From contig CAWBAN010000001.1 in assembly GCA_963786935.1 (NCBI GenBank), positions 160,001 to 224,000 on the forward strand: a DNA stretch of 64,000 nucleotides, written 5' to 3'. Of this stretch, positions 49,393 through 60,557 are shown one piece after another (position 1 is the stretch's first letter; every line of letters begins with the position of its first letter). Source of the stretch: an uncultured bacterium (GTDB lineage: Bacteria > Krumholzibacteriota > Krumholzibacteriia > Krumholzibacteriales > Krumholzibacteriaceae). A program made the position numbers and the translations under genes. The notes below the pieces were generated by a model. The model searched no databases. It was not told the origin of the DNA and saw only the letters and a program-made list of their open reading frames with translations.

Positions 49393-50361
49393 GTGGCCGA
49401 GGACTATACATACATCGTCTCGCGGCTTCGCTCGCTCGAGGCGCTCATGCCGGAGCGGGCGTGGTTCGAGCGGCTCGCGCGAACGCCCGAGGAGAATCTG
49501 CTCGTGGCGCTCAGGGAGCTGTACCCCGGCTTCGAAGCGATCGGTTCCGCCCATGATTTCGAGCGGGCCCTCGAGGCCGAGAAGCTCTCGGTCCTCGAGC
49601 TCGTCACGGGGCTCCTCCGGGACGAACGGCCGCGGATGTTCCTCAGGGGCGGGTACGATTTCGACAACTGCACGCACGCGTGGAAGGCCGCGCGGCTCGG
49701 CGCCCGGGGCGCGCTCGTCCCGTTCGGACTCTGCTCCCCGCATGACGTCGAGGAGACGGTGGCGGGGAAGACGCGCGGCGCGCTCCCGCCGCGCCTCGAG
49801 GAGCACCTCGCCGCGCTCGAGGCGCGGTACGAGGAGACGAAGAGCCTCGCCGCGTGCGAATACGCGGGAGAGGCCGCGAAGTGGCGGTTTCTCTTCGAGA
49901 CGGCGCCCGGGGACGAGGCGTCGGCGTATCTGCGCTGCAAGGTCGATCTGATCAATATCAAGACCTGCATCCGGCTCAGGCGGACGGCGCTCCGCGCCGA
50001 ATCGCTCGAGACGGTCTGGCTCGCCGGCGGGGACGTCGAGACGGCGCGGCTCGCCGGATTCGTCCGCGAGGGGGAGGAAGCGCTCGTCTCGTACCTCGCG
50101 ACGAGCGTCCATGCGCGGCTCGTCGGCCTCGGCCTCTCGCGGGAAACGCCGACGTGGAAGATCGATCCGATCCTGCGCCGCGCGCTCATGGAATTTCTGG
50201 GGGAAAGCCGCTACCGGTTCTTCGATTTCTCCCCCGTGCTCTACCATATCGAGCTGCGGGAGCGCGATCTCGACATCCTGCGGCGCATCGTGGTGGGACG
50301 GCTCAACCGGCTCGGCGAGGAGGCGACGCTCGAGCGCTTGAACGCGCTCCGCGCGTCGTGA
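49393..50361 (+). CDS. atpC: V/A-type ATP synthase subunit C (d)
   Basis: Y...RLRSLE, YDFDN, VDLINIK; operon position; GTG start. Confidence 0.85.
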   Translation: MAEDYTYIVSRLRSLEALMPERAWFERLARTPEENLLVALRELYPGFEAIGSAHDFERALEAEKLSVLELVTGLLRDERPRMFLRGGYDFDNCTHAWKAARLGARGALVPFGLCSPHDVEETVAGKTRGALPPRLEEHLAALEARYEETKSLAACEYAGEAAKWRFLFETAPGDEASAYLRCKVDLINIKTCIRLRRTALRAESLETVWLAGGDVETARLAGFVREGEEALVSYLATSVHARLVGLGLSRETPTWKIDPILRRALMEFLGESRYRFFDFSPVLYHIELRERDLDILRRIVVGRLNRLGEEATLERLNALRAS

Positions 50362-50380
50362 AGGAAAGGGAGGACCCGTC

Positions 50381-50725
50381 GTGTCGAAGGACATCGCGGT
50401 GATCGGCCATTCCGATTCGATCGAGTACTTCCGCGTGCTCGGCTGCGAGACGTACGAGACGAAGGACGGCGTCCTCACGCAGGAGCAGTTCGACGAGGTC
50501 GTCAAGCGCAGATTCAAGATCATCCTCGTGACCGAGGAGGTCTTTCACGAGTACCGGGATATCATTCGCCGGAGAACGCTCCGCATGTTCCCCGTGGTGA
50601 CGATCATCCCCGACATCAGGGGCGCCGCGTGGACGAAGGACGGTCCCGCCTCGAGCGGAGTCGCCCTCGAGGAGGTCCGCATGGCGGTGGTGAAGGCGAT
50701 CGGGCAGGATATCTCGGGGACGTAG
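50381..50725 (+). CDS. atpF: V/A-type ATP synthase subunit F
   Basis: IAVIG..DSI..F..LG, IILVTE, VVKAIG.DI. Confidence 0.92.
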   Translation: MSKDIAVIGHSDSIEYFRVLGCETYETKDGVLTQEQFDEVVKRRFKIILVTEEVFHEYRDIIRRRTLRMFPVVTIIPDIRGAAWTKDGPASSGVALEEVRMAVVKAIGQDISGT

Positions 50726-50767
50726 CGGCCGCGCGGCCGATCCGAGAATGGAGGAGTCGGTAGAATT

Positions 50768-52552
50768 ATGGCGGTAGGAAGAATCGTCAAGGTTTCGGGC
50801 CCCCTCATCGTGGCGGAGGGCATGAAGGACGCCAAGATGTTCGAGCTGGCCCGCGTGAGCGAGAAGAAGCTCATCGGCGAGATCATTGAGCTCCACGGCG
50901 ACGAGGCGTACATCCAGGTCTACGAGGACACGTCGGGGCTCGGCCCCGGCGAGATCGTCGAATCGACCGGAGCGCCGCTGTCGATCGAGCTCGGGCCGGG
51001 GCTCCTCGAGTCGATCTATGACGGGATCCAGCGCCCGCTCGACGTCGTCTACGCGCGCTCGGGGCATTACATGGCGCGCGGCATCAATCTGCCGGGCCTC
51101 GACCGCGCGAAGAAATGGGCGTTCACGCCGAACGGGAGCCTCAAGGCGGGCGAGACGGTGGAGCCGGGGGACCTCCTCGGCGAGATCGCGGAGACGGAGC
51201 TCATCGTGCACCGCGTCATGGTGCCGCCGACGATCAAGCGGGGCACGCTCGTCCGCGCGCCCGAGAAGGGCTCGTTCACCGTCGAGGAGACGATCGCCGA
51301 GATCAAGACCGAAGACGGCGTCGTGCCGGTCTCCCTCATGCACCGATGGCCGGTGCGGACGCCGCGCCCCGTCGTGAAGAAGCTCATGCCCGAGCGGCCG
51401 CTCGTCACCGGGCAGCGCGTCATCGACACGCTCTTCCCGATCAGCCAGGGAGGCACGGCGTGCGTGCCCGGGCCCTTCGGGGCGGGGAAGACGGTCATCC
51501 AGCACCAGCTCGCGAAATGGTCCGACGCGAAGATCATCGTCTACATCGGCTGCGGCGAGCGCGGAAACGAGATGACCGACGTTCTCCAGGAGTTCCCCGA
51601 GCTCAAGGATCCCGCCACGGGGCGCCCGCTCATGGAGCGCACCGTCCTCATCGCGAACACGTCGAACATGCCGGTCGCGGCGCGCGAGGCGTCCGTGTAC
51701 ACGGGCATCACGATCGCCGAGTATTTCAGGGACATGGGATACAACGTCGCCGTCATGGCCGATTCGACCTCCCGGTGGGCGGAGGCGATGCGCGAGATGT
51801 CGGGGCGCCTCGAGGAGATGCCGGGGGAGGAAGGCTATCCGGCCTACCTGCCGTCGCGCATCGCCGAGTTCTACGAGCGGTCGGGGCGCACCGTGTGCCT
51901 CGGCCGTGACGGACGGATCGGGACGCTCAGCGTCATCGGCGCCGTGTCGCCGCCCGGCGGCGATCTCTCCGATCCCGTCGTCCAGGCGACGCTCAAGGTG
52001 GTCAAGGTGTTCTGGAGCCTCGAGGACACGCTCGCCTTCGAGCGGCACTTCCCCGCGATCAGCTGGCTCACGAGCTACAGCCTCTACCACGACGCGCTCG
52101 CCGACCACTTCCGCGACGAGGTGTCGCGGGATTTCAGGGGGATGCGCATCGAGGCGATGGAGCTGCTCCAGAAGGAGGCCGAGCTCAAGGAGCTCGTGCG
52201 GCTCGTCGGCATCGACTCGCTCTCCCCGCAGGACCGGATCGTCCTCGAGACGACGAAGTCGATCCGGGAGGATTTCCTGCACCAGTCGGCCTTCGACGCC
52301 GAGGACGCCTACACGCGGCTCGCGAAGCAGCACCGCATGCTGAAGGCGATCCTCGATCTGCACCACGCGTGCATCAAGGGGATCGAGAAGCGCGTGCCGC
52401 TGAGGAAGCTCATCGAGCTGCCGGTGCGCCAGCGCATCGCGCGCATGAGGTACGTGAGCGAAAAGGACGTCGCGCAATTCGACGGGGTCGCCTCTGAAAT
52501 CGAAGAGCAGCTTGCGGCGAGCATGCAGGACAGCCGCACAGGCGAGGAGTGA
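50768..52552 (+). CDS. atpA: V/A-type ATP synthase subunit A
   Basis: [42 protein letters not shown]. Confidence 0.99.
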   Translation: MAVGRIVKVSGPLIVAEGMKDAKMFELARVSEKKLIGEIIELHGDEAYIQVYEDTSGLGPGEIVESTGAPLSIELGPGLLESIYDGIQRPLDVVYARSGHYMARGINLPGLDRAKKWAFTPNGSLKAGETVEPGDLLGEIAETELIVHRVMVPPTIKRGTLVRAPEKGSFTVEETIAEIKTEDGVVPVSLMHRWPVRTPRPVVKKLMPERPLVTGQRVIDTLFPISQGGTACVPGPFGAGKTVIQHQLAKWSDAKIIVYIGCGERGNEMTDVLQEFPELKDPATGRPLMERTVLIANTSNMPVAAREASVYTGITIAEYFRDMGYNVAVMADSTSRWAEAMREMSGRLEEMPGEEGYPAYLPSRIAEFYERSGRTVCLGRDGRIGTLSVIGAVSPPGGDLSDPVVQATLKVVKVFWSLEDTLAFERHFPAISWLTSYSLYHDALADHFRDEVSRDFRGMRIEAMELLQKEAELKELVRLVGIDSLSPQDRIVLETTKSIREDFLHQSAFDAEDAYTRLAKQHRMLKAILDLHHACIKGIEKRVPLRKLIELPVRQRIARMRYVSEKDVAQFDGVASEIEEQLAASMQDSRTGEE

Positions 52553-52556
52553 TACC

Positions 52557-54017
52557 ATGGTGACCGAATATTCGACCATTCGCCAGATCGCGGGCCCCCT
52601 CATCCTTCTCGACCGGGTCGATCACGCGACCTACGAGGAGCTCGTCGAGGTCGAGCTGCCCGACGGGGAGCTCCGCCGCGGGAAGGTGCTCGAGATCAAC
52701 CGCGACAAGGTGCTCGTGCAGGTGTTCGAGGGGACGAGGGGCATCGACACGGCGAAAACGAGCGTGCGGTTCCTCGGGCGGGGGCTCGAGCTCGCCGTAT
52801 CGCCGGACATCCTCGGCCGGATCTTCAACGGGCTCGGGACTCCGATCGACCAGGGCCCGTCGATCATCCCCGAGCGGAAGCTCGATATCAACGGCAGCCC
52901 GATCAATCCGTACGCGCGCGTGTACCCGAAGGAGTTCATCCAGACGGGAATCTCCGCGATCGACGGGCTCAACACGCTCGTGCGCGGGCAGAAGCTCCCG
53001 ATCTTCTCGGGATTCGGGCTCCCGCACTCGGAGCTCGCCGCGCAGATCGCCCGGCAGGCGACCGTGCTCGGCAAGGGGGAGACGTTCGCCATCGTCTTCG
53101 CGGCGATGGGCATCACCTTCGAGGAGGCGGACTACTTCATCCGCGACTTCCAGAAGACGGGGGCGATGGAGCGCGTCGTGCTCTTCATCAACCTCGCGAA
53201 CGATCCGACGATCGAGCGCATCGCCACGCCCCGGACGGCGTTGACCGCCGCCGAGTATCTCGCCTTCGAGCGCGGCATGCACGTGCTCGTGATCATGACC
53301 GACATGACGAACTACTGCGAGGCGCTCCGCGAAGTGTCGGTGGCCCGCAAGGAGATCCCCGGACGCCGCGGCTACCCGGGCTACCTGTACACCGATCTCG
53401 CCACCATCTACGAGCGCGCGGGGCTGCTCAAGGGTGAGAAGAAAGGGGAGCTCAGGCAGGGATCGATCACGCAGATCCCGGTGCTGTCGATGCCGGACGA
53501 CGACAAGACCCATCCGATCCCCGATCTGACCGGCTACATCACCGAGGGACAGATCATCCTCGACCGGTCCCTCCACCGGAAGGGGATCTATCCGCCGATC
53601 AACGTGCTCCCGAGCCTCTCCCGACTGCGCGACAAGGGGATCGGCGCGGGGAGAACGCGCGAGGATCACGCCCAGATCGCGAACCAGCTTTTCTCTTCGT
53701 ACGCCCGGAGCAAGGAGGTCGAGGAGCTCGCCGTCGTTCTCGGGGAGGCGGCCCTCACCGAATCGGACAAGGCGTTCATGGCGTTCGGCGAGGCGTTCGA
53801 GCGGCGGTTCGTCCGGCAGGATATTCACGAGAATCGCACGGTCGAGCAGACGCTCGAAATGGGATGGGAGCTTCTCACCGCCATCCCGCGCACCGAGCTC
53901 AAGCGCATCAAGGACGATTTCATCAAGAAGTATATGGAGAAATACCTGACGTCGGAAGACGGGGAGAAGGGGAAGAAGCGGGAGGCCGCGGCGAGGCCGG
54001 GGCGCGTCGGCGACTGA
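52557..54017 (+). CDS. atpB: V/A-type ATP synthase subunit B
   Basis: [47 protein letters not shown]. Confidence 0.99.
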   Translation: MVTEYSTIRQIAGPLILLDRVDHATYEELVEVELPDGELRRGKVLEINRDKVLVQVFEGTRGIDTAKTSVRFLGRGLELAVSPDILGRIFNGLGTPIDQGPSIIPERKLDINGSPINPYARVYPKEFIQTGISAIDGLNTLVRGQKLPIFSGFGLPHSELAAQIARQATVLGKGETFAIVFAAMGITFEEADYFIRDFQKTGAMERVVLFINLANDPTIERIATPRTALTAAEYLAFERGMHVLVIMTDMTNYCEALREVSVARKEIPGRRGYPGYLYTDLATIYERAGLLKGEKKGELRQGSITQIPVLSMPDDDKTHPIPDLTGYITEGQIILDRSLHRKGIYPPINVLPSLSRLRDKGIGAGRTREDHAQIANQLFSSYARSKEVEELAVVLGEAALTESDKAFMAFGEAFERRFVRQDIHENRTVEQTLEMGWELLTAIPRTELKRIKDDFIKKYMEKYLTSEDGEKGKKREAAARPGRVGD

Positions 54018-54035
54018 TCCTGCGGAGCGTGTGAC

Positions 54036-54668
54036 GTGAGAGTCAAGGTCAATCCGAACAGAATGATGCTCATACGCCTGCGGCGCCGCCTCGAGCTCGC
54101 GCGCCGGGGGCACAAGCTCCTCAAGAACAAGCAGGAGAAGCTCATGCAGAACTTCTTCTCGCTCGTCAGAGAGACGACCGAGCTCCGCGCCGGGGTCGAG
54201 ACGGGGTTTCTGGAGATCGGCGCGCGGTACCTCGAGGGAGGGGCCGCGACCGGGCGGCAGGCGCTCGAGGACGCGCTCGGGCTCACGACGAAGGGGGGCG
54301 CGCTCGCCTACGCCGAGCGCCACGACATGAACATCGTCAGTCCCGAATTCACGTTCGCGACCCCGGAGCGGGACCTGTCGTACCGGCTTTCGGATACGTC
54401 GCCCGAGCTCGACGCCGCGTTCGAGATGCTGCTCGCCTCGTTTCCGAAGCTCTTACACCTTGTCGGAAAAGAAAATACGCTCTTTCGCATGGCGGAGGAG
54501 CTCGAGAAGACCCGCCGCCGCGTCAATGCGCTTGAATACGTGCTCATCCCCGATCTCGAGGCGGTCATCAGGGATATCGACGACAAGCTGGGGGAGCAGG
54601 AGCGCTCGAATCAGATCCGCCTGATGAAGATCAAGGACATGGTGAAGGAGCGCGGCGAGGGGGCCTGA
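54036..54668 (+). CDS. atpD: V/A-type ATP synthase subunit D
   Basis: NPNRM.L, ARRGHKLLK.K, KTRRRVNALEY. Confidence 0.97.
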   Translation: MRVKVNPNRMMLIRLRRRLELARRGHKLLKNKQEKLMQNFFSLVRETTELRAGVETGFLEIGARYLEGGAATGRQALEDALGLTTKGGALAYAERHDMNIVSPEFTFATPERDLSYRLSDTSPELDAAFEMLLASFPKLLHLVGKENTLFRMAEELEKTRRRVNALEYVLIPDLEAVIRDIDDKLGEQERSNQIRLMKIKDMVKERGEGA

Positions 54669-54731
54669 CGGGTCCCTCGACGCCCCCCGTCCCTCCGTGC
54701 GCCGAGCCCCAATAACTCCAAGTCAAATTTG

Positions 54732-54760
54732 TTGACATGCCCGCTGACGCTTTATATATT
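54732..54760 (+). promoter_or_regulatory. Putative sigma70 promoter of TBDR-like cluster
   Basis: TTGACA, 17 nt spacer, TATATT. Confidence 0.7.
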
Positions 54761-54890
54761 TTCAATGGAAATTAGCCTGACGCTCTGAAAAATAGAGACC
54801 CACACCTTACGTCTTCTCCCGTCCCGCTCTCTCGGCATCGACGGGGAAGAACGGCCTGGGGATTAGTACTACTTGGCAAGGAGTGGAACG

Positions 54891-57800
54891 ATGAAAGGTC
54901 GTTACGGATCGCCGGCTCCGATCTGGATGGCGGCAATTGCCCTTGTACTCCTCGTTCTGACGTCCGCGGGCGTATTCGCGCAGACCGGACGAATCACCGG
55001 CAAGGTGACGGATACGAAATCGGGAGAGCCGCTCGCCTTCGCGAACGTGGTTATCCTCGGGACGAGTCCGCTGCTCGGCGCCATGACGCTCAACGATGGA
55101 TCCTACACGATCGTGGGCGTTCCCGTCGGCACCTATACGTTGAAGGCGATGATGATGGGCTATACGGCGATCGAGAAGCCGGGTGTCGCCGTGAACGCCG
55201 CGCAGACGACCGACGTCAGCTTCAAGCTCGAGGAAGCGGTCGTGGGCCGCACGCAGGAAATCGTCGTCGAAGCGGAAATTCAGCAGGTGAACGTGACCTC
55301 GAGCGACGTGCGCCAGCGCGTATCGAGCGAGCAGCTCAAGGAGCTCCCCGTGGACGACGTCGTCTCGGCCGTGGCGCTCAAGAGCGGTATCGTGAAAACG
55401 GGAGACGAGCTCCACGTGCGCGGCGGGCGGTCGCAAGAGGTGCAGATGCAGATCGACGGCGTGCCGGTCGACGACCCGCTCGGCGGCTCGATATCGGTCG
55501 GGCTTCTCGGCACCGACAACAGCGAGGTCATCACGGGAGGCATGGACGCCGAGTACGGCAACGCGCAGTCGGCGATCATCAACGTGAGCACGCGCGAGGG
55601 AGGCAAGAGCTACGAGGGGCAGATCCGGTACATGACCGACGATTTCGGCCGCTCGGACAAGACATACACGAACTACGACCGGCTCAGCCTCGGATTCGGC
55701 GGCCCGACCCCCCTCAAGAACCTCACGTTCTACACGTCGGGCGAAGCGACCTTCCAGGACGGCGACAACTGGTCGATCGCCCCCCGCGAAGAGAAGGAGT
55801 TCCTCGGGGGTATGATCAAGTTCACCGAGCGGCAGTTCTCCTCCTATAACGTGCAGGGCAAGCTCGCCTATCAGGTCAATCCGAGGCTCAAGCTCATCGG
55901 CGAGGCGATCTACTCGCACTCCGTCGGCAATCCCTACGCGCACAACTGGAACATCGAGGGATACGTCCAGAAGATCTACCGGTTCATGGCGCTCCGGGCG
56001 AGCCGCGACCTCTCGTTCCCGGAGGCCCGTTCGTTCGGCTCGTACGTGAGCGTATATCAGGGGGACTGGCTGAACAATGCGCCTCCCCGCGTCGAGTATT
56101 ATCCGGGCTCGATCGAGGAGCGGCGCCGGACCATCTATCCGATCGTCGTCGGCGCCAAGGTGCGCGATCCGAACGACGCGACGAAGCCGGCCTTCCTCGT
56201 CCGGTACGACCATTTCTACGCGCGCATGCTGACCGACGTGTACGGGCGCGAGTCGGAAGTGATCTGGGACGAGGCGATCCTCGACGCGCAGGGCAATCTG
56301 GTGCGCCACGAGAGCAAGCTGCTCTTCGAAGGGTTCCAGAATCCCGAAAGCAAGTTCAGCCATTTCCGGGACGATTCGAGCTACGTGTATTTCAACTCCG
56401 CCGCGAACGTCACGACGGGCACCTCCGACGACCTCAACCTCAAGGTTTCCATCAACCACAACATCTCGGACGACGTCCTCTATGTGATCAACCTCACACG
56501 GCTCCAGTTCAACAGCCTGAACACGGTCGACGGGCAGGATCCCGCGGAGTTCAACACTGCGGGCCTGCCGGGAACGCTGCCGAGCGGATCGTGGCGGTAC
56601 AGCGGCATCAGCAGCGAGGATTTCTACACCGATCCGGACAATCCGTATTACGTGACGGCGTACGACTGGCCGGCGTACACGGACCGCACGACCATCGCCT
56701 ACAACCTGAAGGCGGACATCACGTCGAAGAAATGGCAGAACCACCAGTTCAAGACGGGCGTCCAGTTCATCTATAACGACCTCGACGAAAACCAGATCAA
56801 CTTCCCGGGCCGCGTGCGCCGGAACGCCGACGGGAGCCTTTCGCAGGGAGGACGGGCGAACACCTTCCATAACTTCAACCCCGAGGCCTCGTACTACGTC
56901 CAGGACAAGTGGGCGTATCAGGGTATGATCGTCAACGGCGGCGTCCGGATCGATTTCTTCTCGCCGGGCAACAACAACGAGATTCTGATCAACTCGAGCG
57001 AGATCGACCAGAACGTCGACAAGTACAAGTTCCAGATCAGCCCGCGGCTCGGCTTCGCGTTTCCGATCACGGACCGCGACAAGTTCCACTTCCACTACGG
57101 GCGATTCACGCAGTGGCCGAGCAGGAACTACCTGTTCAGGACCCAGGACCTGCTCTTCGGATCGGGCGTTCTCGGCAACCCCGACCTCGACGAGGAGCTC
57201 ACCGTTTCGTATCAGGCCGGCGTGTCGCACCAGTTCACCGAGTCGCTCGCGGGGCACTTCGTCGTGTTCAACAAGGATATCTTCGGCCTGATCTCCTCGA
57301 CGCGCGTGCTCGACGAGGAGCTCGGCATTCAGGGATACCGCTACATCAACAGAACGTACGCGAGCTCGCGCGGTCTCGAGATCAGCTTCGAGAAGATGCG
57401 GACCCGCTACGTCGGCGGCGAGATTTCGTACACGCTGTCGTACGCGGACGGCGTGGCATCGGACGCGGAGTTCGGCGTCTCGGCGGAAGGGCTCACCCAC
57501 CTGCCGACGCAGGAGATGCCGCTCGACTGGGATCAGCGCCATACGCTGAACATCACCCTGAGCCTCCAGGACCAGAACAAGTGGGGCGCGACGGTCGTGT
57601 ACTCGTACGGGAGCGGGCTCCCGTGGACGCCCGTCGACCGGTTCGCCCGCCGCCAGGATCCCCTCTGGGAAAACTCGATGCGGCTCCCCGCGACGCACGT
57701 CATCAACATTCAGGGCCGAAAGATGTTCAGCATCTACGGGCAGGAGCTCATGCTCTTCTTCGAGGGGCGCAACCTCCTCGACGAGGATATCCTGGGTCCG

Positions 57801-58004
57801 AACGGCGTCGCGCCCGGCGCGTTTCCCGGCATGCAGAACGCGGCGATGGACGGCGGCTCGTACCTCACCGAGACCGGCCAGTACGGCGGCGCGTACCTGC
57901 AGGATATCAACGAAGACGGCGTCGATGATTTCAATCCGGTCCACGATCCGACGATCTGGGACTCGCGGAAAACGTGGCGCATCGGATTCGGATTCGAGTT
58001 CTAG
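54891..58004 (+). CDS. TonB-dependent receptor-like outer-membrane protein
   Basis: Signal peptide, GRITGKVTD..GEPL..ANV N-domain, plug motifs HVRGGR..IDG and TGG.DAEYGNAQS, SPRLG, C-terminal IGFGFEF. Confidence 0.92.
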   Translation: MKGRYGSPAPIWMAAIALVLLVLTSAGVFAQTGRITGKVTDTKSGEPLAFANVVILGTSPLLGAMTLNDGSYTIVGVPVGTYTLKAMMMGYTAIEKPGVAVNAAQTTDVSFKLEEAVVGRTQEIVVEAEIQQVNVTSSDVRQRVSSEQLKELPVDDVVSAVALKSGIVKTGDELHVRGGRSQEVQMQIDGVPVDDPLGGSISVGLLGTDNSEVITGGMDAEYGNAQSAIINVSTREGGKSYEGQIRYMTDDFGRSDKTYTNYDRLSLGFGGPTPLKNLTFYTSGEATFQDGDNWSIAPREEKEFLGGMIKFTERQFSSYNVQGKLAYQVNPRLKLIGEAIYSHSVGNPYAHNWNIEGYVQKIYRFMALRASRDLSFPEARSFGSYVSVYQGDWLNNAPPRVEYYPGSIEERRRTIYPIVVGAKVRDPNDATKPAFLVRYDHFYARMLTDVYGRESEVIWDEAILDAQGNLVRHESKLLFEGFQNPESKFSHFRDDSSYVYFNSAANVTTGTSDDLNLKVSINHNISDDVLYVINLTRLQFNSLNTVDGQDPAEFNTAGLPGTLPSGSWRYSGISSEDFYTDPDNPYYVTAYDWPAYTDRTTIAYNLKADITSKKWQNHQFKTGVQFIYNDLDENQINFPGRVRRNADGSLSQGGRANTFHNFNPEASYYVQDKWAYQGMIVNGGVRIDFFSPGNNNEILINSSEIDQNVDKYKFQISPRLGFAFPITDRDKFHFHYGRFTQWPSRNYLFRTQDLLFGSGVLGNPDLDEELTVSYQAGVSHQFTESLAGHFVVFNKDIFGLISSTRVLDEELGIQGYRYINRTYASSRGLEISFEKMRTRYVGGEISYTLSYADGVASDAEFGVSAEGLTHLPTQEMPLDWDQRHTLNITLSLQDQNKWGATVVYSYGSGLPWTPVDRFARRQDPLWENSMRLPATHVINIQGRKMFSIYGQELMLFFEGRNLLDEDILGPNGVAPGAFPGMQNAAMDGGSYLTETGQYGGAYLQDINEDGVDDFNPVHDPTIWDSRKTWRIGFGFEF

Positions 58005-58036
58005 AGCGCTTCCGGATGACGGAGGAGGAGTTTCGC

Positions 58037-60523
58037 ATGAATCGCAAGAAGGAATGGGTTGGAAGAGCGGCGGCGCTTCTCGCGATACTCGTGATCGGCG
58101 CCCCGGCGTTTGCGAGGAATGACGACGCGGCGTGGGTCGCCAAGATGAAGGACATGCCCCGGCAGACCTGGGCGCTCAGCGGGGCGTGGGTCCACAACGT
58201 GGGCAACCTCCAGATGAACGTGACGAACTGGGGGTGCTTCGGATCGTATCCCGGCTCGACGCTGGCGATGTCCGAGTCGCCGTCCGCGCAGTGGCCGGCG
58301 AACTCCGCCGTCGAGTATCTCTACATCGCGGGTCTCTGGATCGGCGCCAAGAAGGGCGGCGTTCCGGTCGTGACCACGGCGGCGTACGAGCAGGAGTTCA
58401 TGCCCGATCCGCTCGATCCCGTTGCGACGATCTATCGCTCGTTCGAGGGCGCGCTCGGCGGCACGCGCTACCCGAGCCCTCCCGACGACGACAAGGACGG
58501 TATGTTCGACGAGGATTGGCTGAACGGCATGGACGACGACGGGGACGGGCAGATCGACGAGGATTACGCCGCGGTCGGCAAGCAGATGTACTCGTGCTGG
58601 TTCACGGACGATCATCCGACCTCCGTGCAGCGCTACCCCGAGCATACGCCGCTTCACCTGATGGTGCGCCAGGAGAGCTACCAGTGGGAGGAGCCGAAAT
58701 TCTACAACTTCGTCGGCGCCGAATACAAAATCAGGAACACGGGCGTCGAGAGCATCGAGGACCTCTACATCGGATTCTTCGCCGACGGCGACGCGGGCCC
58801 GCGGACGCGCGAGCAGTACTGGCTCGACGACGGGACGGGGCTCTACGAGGACATCGTGTGCGCGCAGAAGGGGGATCGGGTGGTGCCGATCCGCGTCAGC
58901 GTCGCGTACTTCTACGACATCGACGGGGACGAGGGTCAGACCATGGGATACATGGGGATTCTCTTCCTCGGCCACGATACGGATCCTCTCGGCGAATCGG
59001 CGCCGAAGAAGGTCGGTATCACCTCCTACCAGAACTTCTCGGGCGATCAGCCGTACGAAAACGGCGGCGATCCCGACAACGATTTCCAGCGCTACGAGCT
59101 CCTCACCAAGACCACGCGGGACCGCAACCAGGAAGTGCCGAGGGATTATCGAATGCTCATGGCGACGGGGCCGTTCAAGGAGCTCCCGCCCGAGACGACG
59201 CTCGTGCTGCAGGTCGCGTTCGTGTGCGGTCAGGGAATCGAAGGCATGAAGGACAACGCGGCGAGCGCGGCCCTCACCTATCAGGGCAACTGGTTCGACA
59301 TCGACGGCAACCCGCTGACCGGCGTGGAAGGCAAGGAAACTCCCGTGCCCGGTCCCGTGAACGGGCTCATCGCCGATTCCTGCGTCGCCGATCTGACCCC
59401 CGTCTCGGCGGCGAGAGGGGAGATCGTCTGGGTCAACGCCGACTGCCACGAGGAGGAAGCCCTCTGGGCGAACGGCGATTGCAACAAGGGGGACGCCACG
59501 TTCGCCGATTACCAGACGGGCGTCGGCGGGAAGGAGCATCAGGTGAACTGGCTCGTCGGCTCGGCGCCGCCGCCGCCGGTCATGCGCCTCATCCCGGGGG
59601 ACCACAAGGTCACGCTCCTGTGGGACAACTTCAGCGAGGTGAGCCCCGACGTGAGCACCCTCGAGTACGATTTCGAGGGCTACCGGATCTGGCGCGCGGA
59701 CGGATGGGACCGGCCGCTCGGGACGAGCGTTCTCACCGGCCCGAACCGCGAGCTCTGGCAGCTCCTCGAGGAGCGCGACCTCGTGAACGGCGTGCCGCCG
59801 GACATCAACTTCAAGGCGCCCTTCTCCGAGGGGGGATGGGAGTACGAACCGCTCATCAACCTCCCGGGCAAGGATGCCTACATCGCATATTTCAAACAGA
59901 ACGTGTACAACTACCCGATGGATGAAGTGCCCTGCCCGCCCGGGCTGGCGCCGCTCGAGTGCGACACGCTCGAAGCCCTCGCCCGGTACGACCTCGGATT
60001 CCAGGGCGGACTGAAATACTACAAATTCGTCGACGAGAGCGTCCACAACGGGATGCACTACTTCTACGCCGTCACCGCGTACGATCACGTGCTTTCGGCG
60101 GGCGTGCCGACGAAGGTCGGCTACTTCGGCGATCCGTCGTCGAACTTCCAGTACGTCTCGCCGCTCTCCGACGCGCAGGCGTCCGACACGTACGAGGAGA
60201 AGGAAGTCTTCGTGGTTCCGAATCCGGCGACGGCGGCCGCGATGGAGCCGTGGCAGCTCGAGCCGAACCAGGACGATCCGACCGGCATCAAGGTGGAATT
60301 CAGGAACCTCCCGAGATGCAACTCGACCGTGCGCATCTACACGATCGCGGGAGATCTCGTCGAGGTGCTCTATCATGACGGAACGAGCGGAAACGGGACG
60401 CTGCCGTGGGATCTCGTCTCGCGGAACGGGCAGGACGTGACGAGCGGGGTGTACCTGTTCTCCGTGGAGCCCGAAGACGGCAAGTTCTCGAGGACGATCG
60501 GGAAATTCGTCGTGATTCGATAA
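58037..60523 (+). CDS. Secreted protein with acidic Ca-binding-like repeats, Fn3-like region and T9SS-like CTD
   Basis: GGAGG RBS, signal peptide, HNVGNL...TNWG, DDDKDG..DED / DDDGDG..DED, FEGYRIWR, YFYAVTAYD, VVPNP...IYT..GDLV...WDL...SGVY...GKFVVIR. Confidence 0.8.
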   Translation: MNRKKEWVGRAAALLAILVIGAPAFARNDDAAWVAKMKDMPRQTWALSGAWVHNVGNLQMNVTNWGCFGSYPGSTLAMSESPSAQWPANSAVEYLYIAGLWIGAKKGGVPVVTTAAYEQEFMPDPLDPVATIYRSFEGALGGTRYPSPPDDDKDGMFDEDWLNGMDDDGDGQIDEDYAAVGKQMYSCWFTDDHPTSVQRYPEHTPLHLMVRQESYQWEEPKFYNFVGAEYKIRNTGVESIEDLYIGFFADGDAGPRTREQYWLDDGTGLYEDIVCAQKGDRVVPIRVSVAYFYDIDGDEGQTMGYMGILFLGHDTDPLGESAPKKVGITSYQNFSGDQPYENGGDPDNDFQRYELLTKTTRDRNQEVPRDYRMLMATGPFKELPPETTLVLQVAFVCGQGIEGMKDNAASAALTYQGNWFDIDGNPLTGVEGKETPVPGPVNGLIADSCVADLTPVSAARGEIVWVNADCHEEEALWANGDCNKGDATFADYQTGVGGKEHQVNWLVGSAPPPPVMRLIPGDHKVTLLWDNFSEVSPDVSTLEYDFEGYRIWRADGWDRPLGTSVLTGPNRELWQLLEERDLVNGVPPDINFKAPFSEGGWEYEPLINLPGKDAYIAYFKQNVYNYPMDEVPCPPGLAPLECDTLEALARYDLGFQGGLKYYKFVDESVHNGMHYFYAVTAYDHVLSAGVPTKVGYFGDPSSNFQYVSPLSDAQASDTYEEKEVFVVPNPATAAAMEPWQLEPNQDDPTGIKVEFRNLPRCNSTVRIYTIAGDLVEVLYHDGTSGNGTLPWDLVSRNGQDVTSGVYLFSVEPEDGKFSRTIGKFVVIR

Positions 60524-60557
60524 TGATGATGAACGTTCTCTTTGAGGAGGTTGCGTG

